From the NCBI GenBank assembly GCA_963767735.1, contig CAVYES010000005.1, forward strand, positions 32,001 through 96,000: a DNA stretch of 64,000 nt. The letters run 5' to 3'. Position numbers and translations under genes: made by a program. Origin of the DNA: Candidatus Bathyarchaeota archaeon. GTDB taxonomy: Archaea; Thermoproteota; Bathyarchaeia; Bathyarchaeales; Bathycorpusculaceae. Positions 58,949 to 64,000 of this stretch are shown here, one piece after another. Below the pieces are notes generated by a model that had not been told where the DNA came from, made no database searches, and worked only from the letters and a program-made list of their open reading frames with translations. How positions within the stretch are numbered: position 1 is the first letter of the stretch; each line of letters opens with the position of its first letter.

Positions 58949-59098
58949 GTGGCAAAAATCACAATAACATTAAGTGATACGACAGAAAAGAAGTTAAGAT
59001 CATACGTTACTTCAAAATATCCTGAAAAACCTTTCGGAAAACTTAGTGGTGTGGTTGAGGAAGCATTAATCGAATATTTTGAAAAACGTTCGAAATAA
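58949..59098 (+). CDS. Ribbon-helix-helix protein (49 aa, not in ORF track)
   Basis: MAKITITLSDTTEKKLRSYV...GKLSGVVEEALIEYF. Confidence 0.78.
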   Translation: MAKITITLSDTTEKKLRSYVTSKYPEKPFGKLSGVVEEALIEYFEKRSK

Positions 59099-59142
59099 GG
59101 AGAATGCACTTTAGATCCTTGCTGGCATCGTTGAAACTGGGT

Positions 59143-59298
59143 TCAATCATCGCGTATCCAAACGGGTTTGCTGTCAACCATCTCCCGCTCGGAAGGTAAA
59201 GGGTGGGACAAGCCTAAGGCTTCAAACACTCCTGTCTCGGGTTCTCCCGCAATTATTTTGTCGTCTTTGACTAGGCCAGGCTTTCTAAGTGCGACCAT
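59143..59298 (-). pseudogene. Fragment resembling the DNA polymerase X thumb subdomain
   Basis: GLVKDDKIIAGEPETGVFEALGLSHPLPSERE resembles the PolX C-terminal GL...IAG..E..VF..LGL....P..RE pattern. Confidence 0.6.
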
Positions 59299-59305
59299 AC
59301 TGTCC

Positions 59306-59929
59306 TTAAATTATACCAGTATTAGGGCTCCGCGCTAAGTGTGCCCTAATTTGCCACTGCTTCTCTTTAGACTGCATAAGATTAACTGCTGCTCTTGCAG
59401 TACATGCACTTTCGGTAACCATCGCTGTAGCAGCCAATAGCAGTCGCGAACCAAACCGCGGATTGCTGCTGTCAGGCTCAATCCCACCGGATAATACATT
59501 ACTGCTCAGCATTCCTATAGCTTTCCTTAGCGAGGTAGCTACTGACAGAAAATTCTGGATCACTTGTTCATCTTGGTTTAGCAAAATGATCCAGTTAAGC
59601 AACAGATTGTTTAACGGCGCATTGCCAGGAGAAAAGCATACAGCGTTTGCGCTATCTTCATCTGACTTGTTTAAATAAGAACTTGCTGCCTGAATAGTGC
59701 CCGAAATGCTCCGGAGTTCTTCAATCAAACCTTTAAACAGTTCAACTTCTGCGTCAGCTAAACAATCGTCTTTGTTCTCAACCCAACGAATCGACAAACT
59801 TTTTAGCGCAGAAGCTAATGCTTCAAGCTCTATGGTTTTTTGAGTTGACAAGCTAACAAAGGCTCGATGTCTTTTGCAAAAATTTTCAAACTGAAATAAG
59901 TCTTGATTAAACTCTATTTCTTGAGACAA
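59306..59929 (-). CDS. Hypothetical helical protein
   Basis: 207-aa ORF; no family recognised. Confidence 0.6.
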   Translation of the reverse strand: MSQEIEFNQDLFQFENFCKRHRAFVSLSTQKTIELEALASALKSLSIRWVENKDDCLADAEVELFKGLIEELRSISGTIQAASSYLNKSDEDSANAVCFSPGNAPLNNLLLNWIILLNQDEQVIQNFLSVATSLRKAIGMLSSNVLSGGIEPDSSNPRFGSRLLLAATAMVTESACTARAAVNLMQSKEKQWQIRAHLARSPNTGII

Positions 59930-60689
59930 GTTGAATCTCCAGAATCAGAGAATGGCTTATAGTTAGGAATTAAATGCTTTGGCATTGTAATCTTTTATTT
60001 TCCTTGCCTTGAGGTCCTGAATTTTACGCTATTAATTAAAACTAATCAATTGCTAAAGCAAAAAATGGTGATAAATTGAGCTCTTATAGTTAAAAGAGAA
60101 GAAATGCACGCCCGAAATTGTTAATTAACATAGGATTTTACAACACTGTGAGCGTTAAAGCGATATTCACGTAATAAAATCGCACTTTCAAACAAATAGC
60201 CATTTAATGGTTAAATTAGCAATCAAATATAAGGTAACAAACGTTAAGGGTTCAAATCCATAGAGACCTGCACCGTTAAAAACCGAAAGAGCTCTTTAGC
60301 TGGCGCTTCCATGACTGGCTATATACGTCGCTATTGGAATAACCATTAACTCGCAGAAATTACATACCCAGCCGAAAGGCAAAAGCCTTTTGCTCATAAA
60401 ATACAATGAATGTCTGCCCTGATTGTAGGATATAAAGTGAACTCTGTCGGACTGAGTCACTCCAGCTACTGTTCAAGATACAAAAGGTACTGCATAATTA
60501 TCGTACGCAGATATTGCAAGTAACTCGAAACTTTTTCCTAAAATTCCTTTTGCAATTTCAACAACTTGAAGATATAAAACTACAAATAGTGTTACGGTAA
60601 ATTTGAATGAACGCTATGGTATCGATAATTGGCAAGGCAAAACAATCTCAAAGAAAGGCTTTTGAAAACCTTAGACGTGATTGGCGATT

Positions 60690-62015
60690 TTATTTGACAT
60701 GTGTTTGAATCGTATAAGACGAGCCTTGTTTAATGATTTGTGTTGCGTTTGACGCGTTGAAGGTTAGTGTGTTTCCAGAACTTGTTAGAATTACTATCTT
60801 GTTACCCGCCGTAAGGTTCTGCTCTTGTGTTGTTAGAGATGTTAGATTAGATAAATTGGCGGGCAAGTGTCCGCCGTTTTCTGAGGTGAGATTTTGGTTT
60901 GCTGATTGATTGTCGCTAATGTATTTATTGTTTTTAGCTGAAAAAGAAGTTTGGGCTTGTACTGCGGTATATCCTGACAATATAGCTGTTGTGACAAGGA
61001 TTGCCACTAGCAATAGAGAGGCGGTTCGGCGGCGAGGTTTTGGATGGGTTTTGGATATAGCTGTATTGATGTTGTGGACTCGATTAGCTATTGCTGGATG
61101 CATAGAAAGTATTCCATGACTATGTCTATTGGCAAGAGGCGACATGAGAAACAAACTCGCGGAAAGTCTCTCTGCAAAGCGTGCTTTAGGAAACTCCTGT
61201 ATTGCGCTCTCAAGTTTTGCTAGAACATTTGCCATTAGTTTCGGTTGATCAAGTAAAGCCGCTCCTTTCTCATCAGCAAGCAACTCTCGCTCTCTTTGAG
61301 CTTTGGTTGCTGCAAAATATGAGAGGGGATTAAAAAATGAAAGGATGGTTAAGCTGTTTAATATGCTTCTGAATAGGTAGTCTCTTGATTTGATGTGTGC
61401 CAGTTCATGAGAAGCAACCGCTGTCAACTCATCTATGTTAAGCATTTCTAAAATTCCTAATGAGAAAACTATGTCAACATCACGTCCGTATCCCACTGTA
61501 AAAGCATTAGGCCTCAAATCTTCAATTAAACCTACTTTCGGCTCAGAAATACCGATTTTGTGAGCGATTTCCTTAACCTTTTCTTGAAGAGCCGCATACT
61601 CGCCAGGAGCCATTCGAAAAACATGTAGATTTCTCATAACGATTCTTTTTCCAAAAGCAAGCGTAAATACAAGATAACCAGCAGCAGCAACTATTGCACT
61701 TAGACATAATGACCCTGTTATTGATAGAGTGCTCGCTGAACTGTTCCAAAAAAGTGCGTAAGACGATTTAGCTGTGACTACAAACATAGATTGGAAACCT
61801 GAGGAGGGAAGTATGGTTTGTGGATTAAAGAAGATAAATACAATTAATGAAGTCAAAAGTGGGATGAGCCAGATAATGCTCTGATTTTTCCTACTTAGTA
61901 AGGGATTAAGTTTCAAAAATACTTCGATGCAGACGAAAGCTATTGAGAGAAAGACTATTGAATAAAAGAAGTATGGCTGTAAGATTTGAACCAAAAAATC
62001 ATTTAAGCCTAACAT
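60690..62015 (-). CDS. BlaR1/M56- or M48-type membrane zinc protease
   Basis: TMs, PNAF, HELAH, RELLAD, HP...R; downstream of blaI-like genes. Confidence 0.88.
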   Translation of the reverse strand: MLGLNDFLVQILQPYFFYSIVFLSIAFVCIEVFLKLNPLLSRKNQSIIWLIPLLTSLIVFIFFNPQTILPSSGFQSMFVVTAKSSYALFWNSSASTLSITGSLCLSAIVAAAGYLVFTLAFGKRIVMRNLHVFRMAPGEYAALQEKVKEIAHKIGISEPKVGLIEDLRPNAFTVGYGRDVDIVFSLGILEMLNIDELTAVASHELAHIKSRDYLFRSILNSLTILSFFNPLSYFAATKAQRERELLADEKGAALLDQPKLMANVLAKLESAIQEFPKARFAERLSASLFLMSPLANRHSHGILSMHPAIANRVHNINTAISKTHPKPRRRTASLLLVAILVTTAILSGYTAVQAQTSFSAKNNKYISDNQSANQNLTSENGGHLPANLSNLTSLTTQEQNLTAGNKIVILTSSGNTLTFNASNATQIIKQGSSYTIQTHVK

Positions 62016-62022
62016 AGTCTAT

Positions 62023-62475
62023 TCATTTCTTCTTTTCCTTTATGGTTTTATCGATTTTGTTTTTTAACTCTTCTAACTTTTTATCACTATTTGCAGTTTT
62101 CTCGATAAGGCAGTTGGTGACTAGATCGTCAAAGTTTTCCATAAGACTGCTCAACACTTCGCGGACGGCCGCTTCTTTGAAGTTTTGTTCATCTACCTTT
62201 GGCCAGTAAACATAGAAGACGCCGCCTTTTCCTTTTTCCACACTTCGATTAAGTAGACCTTTTTCATACAGCCTATCCATAGCGTTCATGACTGTGGTGT
62301 AGGCTATGGATTTTTTCTTTTGGAGAGTTTCAACAACCTCTCGTACAGTAATTTGTCTTTTTTTGGAGCACCAGATGATTTCGATTACGCTTGCTTCTAG
62401 TGGACCCAAAAATGCTTCCAGTTGCTTTCCTTCAACATTGTACTGTGAAACTGCAGTTTTCTTCTCCGACGACAA
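62023..62475 (-). CDS. BlaI/MecI/CopY family repressor (copy 2)
   Basis: LGPLE, TVREV, AYTTVMNAMDRLYEKG. Confidence 0.92.
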   Translation of the reverse strand: MSSEKKTAVSQYNVEGKQLEAFLGPLEASVIEIIWCSKKRQITVREVVETLQKKKSIAYTTVMNAMDRLYEKGLLNRSVEKGKGGVFYVYWPKVDEQNFKEAAVREVLSSLMENFDDLVTNCLIEKTANSDKKLEELKNKIDKTIKEKKK

Positions 62476-62511
62476 AGAAGTTCCTCAATTACTATTCAAG
62501 ATAGTAGCATT

Positions 62512-62892
62512 TTAATATTTTCCATAATAGTTGGCAACAATGTCGCCGAAGTTTTCTAATAGACTATTTAGTACTTCATTAACTGCAATTTCTTTGAATT
62601 TTTGTTCTTCCAATTTTGGCCAGTATGCATAATACCAGCCACCTTTACCTTTTTCTATACGCCTGTCAAGCAGGTCTTTTTCGTAAAGTCTGTCCATAGT
62701 GTTCATTATAGTTGTGTAGGCGATTTGTTTTTTCTTTTTGAGCGCTTCATGTACTACCCGCACAGTGATAGGTCTTTTTTTGAAAGACCACACGGTCTTT
62801 ATTACTTCTGCTTCCAGCGGACCTAGAAAAGCTTCCAATTCCTTGCCTTCAATGTTGTATTGAGAAATAGCCGCTTTTTTCTCGGTAGGCAT
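62512..62892 (-). CDS. BlaI/MecI/CopY family repressor (copy 1)
   Basis: LGPLE, AYTTIMNTMDRLYEKD. Confidence 0.92.
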   Translation of the reverse strand: MPTEKKAAISQYNIEGKELEAFLGPLEAEVIKTVWSFKKRPITVRVVHEALKKKKQIAYTTIMNTMDRLYEKDLLDRRIEKGKGGWYYAYWPKLEEQKFKEIAVNEVLNSLLENFGDIVANYYGKY

Positions 62893-62907
62893 GTCACACT
62901 TCCTTTG

Positions 62908-63058
62908 CTACCATAGTTGTGGTAGGGCTTTTTAACGTTGCTCAAATAATCTTTTCTAACACACGGTGTTTTCCTTGTTGAATTGTGCTCTTAGGCTTTT
63001 TTGAATGAGCTACTATCGCCCACAGTAACATTTATTAAAGCTACCATTGATATGGTAC
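62908..63058. promoter_or_regulatory. Putative BlaI-family operators in the divergent promoter
   Basis: CTACCAT-AGTT-GTGGTAG (62908-62925) and CTACCAT-TGAT-ATGGTAC (63041-63058); related TACTAT-N5-ATAGTA at 62490-62506. Confidence 0.6.
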
Positions 63059-63081
63059 CAACACTTAGGGAGGTATAAAAA

Positions 63082-64000
63082 ACGGGTATAGTAACAAGAG
63101 CAGTAAGAAATATTTCAAGACGAAAAATGAAAGCACTACTGGTTATTTTTGCACTAGGTTTTGCCTTAGCCATGATGATTTCCCTTCCGCCAGGCATTAC
63201 AGCAAACCAAGCAGCAGCACAAAATGCGATCAATACTATAAACACTTCATCTAATGCTGTTAACGCAACCTTGAGCAGAGCAGCAACTGAAATAGATTGT
63301 AGTCTTCCACCAACCGTAAGTCAACAAACATCGAGTAGTTCTGGATACTACCTTAGTACAGGCGGACAGTCCTCGGGAGATTACAGCGGCTTAACATTTA
63401 CAGATATGAATGAAAGTCATTACTCAGCCATCAATTCTATTTCAGGTGTAGCAACTGTTATCCCAATTCTTCAAGCAAATGAGCAAGATGGTCAATTTGC
63501 TTACCAGATTCAGGGTATACCGACAGACGCTTCCTTGATAAACACGTATCCCATTGCGCCTTACTCCACAAACATGACTTCTGGTAGAACATTACAGGCA
63601 GGTGATAGCGGCGTTGCCGTCATCGGTCAAACAGATGCAGATCACTGGGGTGTAGCCGTGGGCGGAACTATCAATATTTTGGGAAAGAACTTCGAAGTAG
63701 TTGGTATCCATGGTTATTCAGTCGCAACAGACGAATCAAATATTTACATGAGCCTTAGCGACGCACAAGCTATAACTGGTAATTCTGGGAATGCAACAAC
63801 GCTCAAAGTATTCTGTAATAACGTGAATGATGTCAGTTCAGTGCAAGCTCAAATTCAATCCTCATACTCCGAGTTGGATGTTAACTCAGCCACGTCTCTA
63901 CTTAGCCAAGTTACCGGGGCTGAAGCCCAAACCGCTCAAGAATTAAAACAAGCACAAAACACCATGAATCAAACACAAGGAACAGCTATAACGGAAATAG
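63082..64000 (+). CDS. MacB/FtsX-like ABC permease, N-terminal part (runs off the window)
   Basis: GIVTRAVRNISRRK, a TM, then a large extracellular domain with SGR.L and FEVVGI; ACG at 63082 after GGAGGT, first ATG at 63127. Confidence 0.8.

Larger units (their letters stand above)
50919..60270. mobile_element. tRNA-Arg island C (integrase-bearing)
   Basis: Integrase starts 75 bp after the att copy; degenerate distal repeat GGGTTCAAATCC at 60248-60259. Confidence 0.68.

Overview
Archaeal chromosomal window. Gene content (rpoE'-spt4-rps24e-rps27ae cluster, class I lysS, HTH-Fae-Hps) suggests Bathyarchaeia, which is an inference. Housekeeping blocks alternate with several mobile or accessory insertions. 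The main observation is a complete, AT-rich 5.28-kb casposon-like element (278-5557). It has a solo cas1, perfect 19-bp telomere-like (CCCAAA)n terminal inverted repeats, a 15-bp target-site duplication and a 7x20-bp subterminal tandem array. It has no family B polymerase, CRISPR array or cas2, and instead carries a tightly coupled operon of small genes including a candidate AEP primase-like ORF. Other insertions are: a 4.9-kb tyrosine-integrase island bounded by 18-bp direct repeats just upstream of the host tmk, carrying a second tmk and an in-frame AbrB-HEPN reading frame; a 1.2-kb insertion duplicating the 5' end of tRNA-Glu; and three stacked islands at the 3' end of tRNA-Arg(GCG). The first of those three is bracketed by 11-6-11 dif-like palindromes, and the third carries an integrase, two convergent IS6-like DDE genes, a coiled-coil nuclease and a PolX-thumb remnant. 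Many single-base frameshifts, including one in lysS, suggest sequencing indel errors, so split genes should be treated cautiously. All protein assignments come from motif recognition by eye; no database searches were run.
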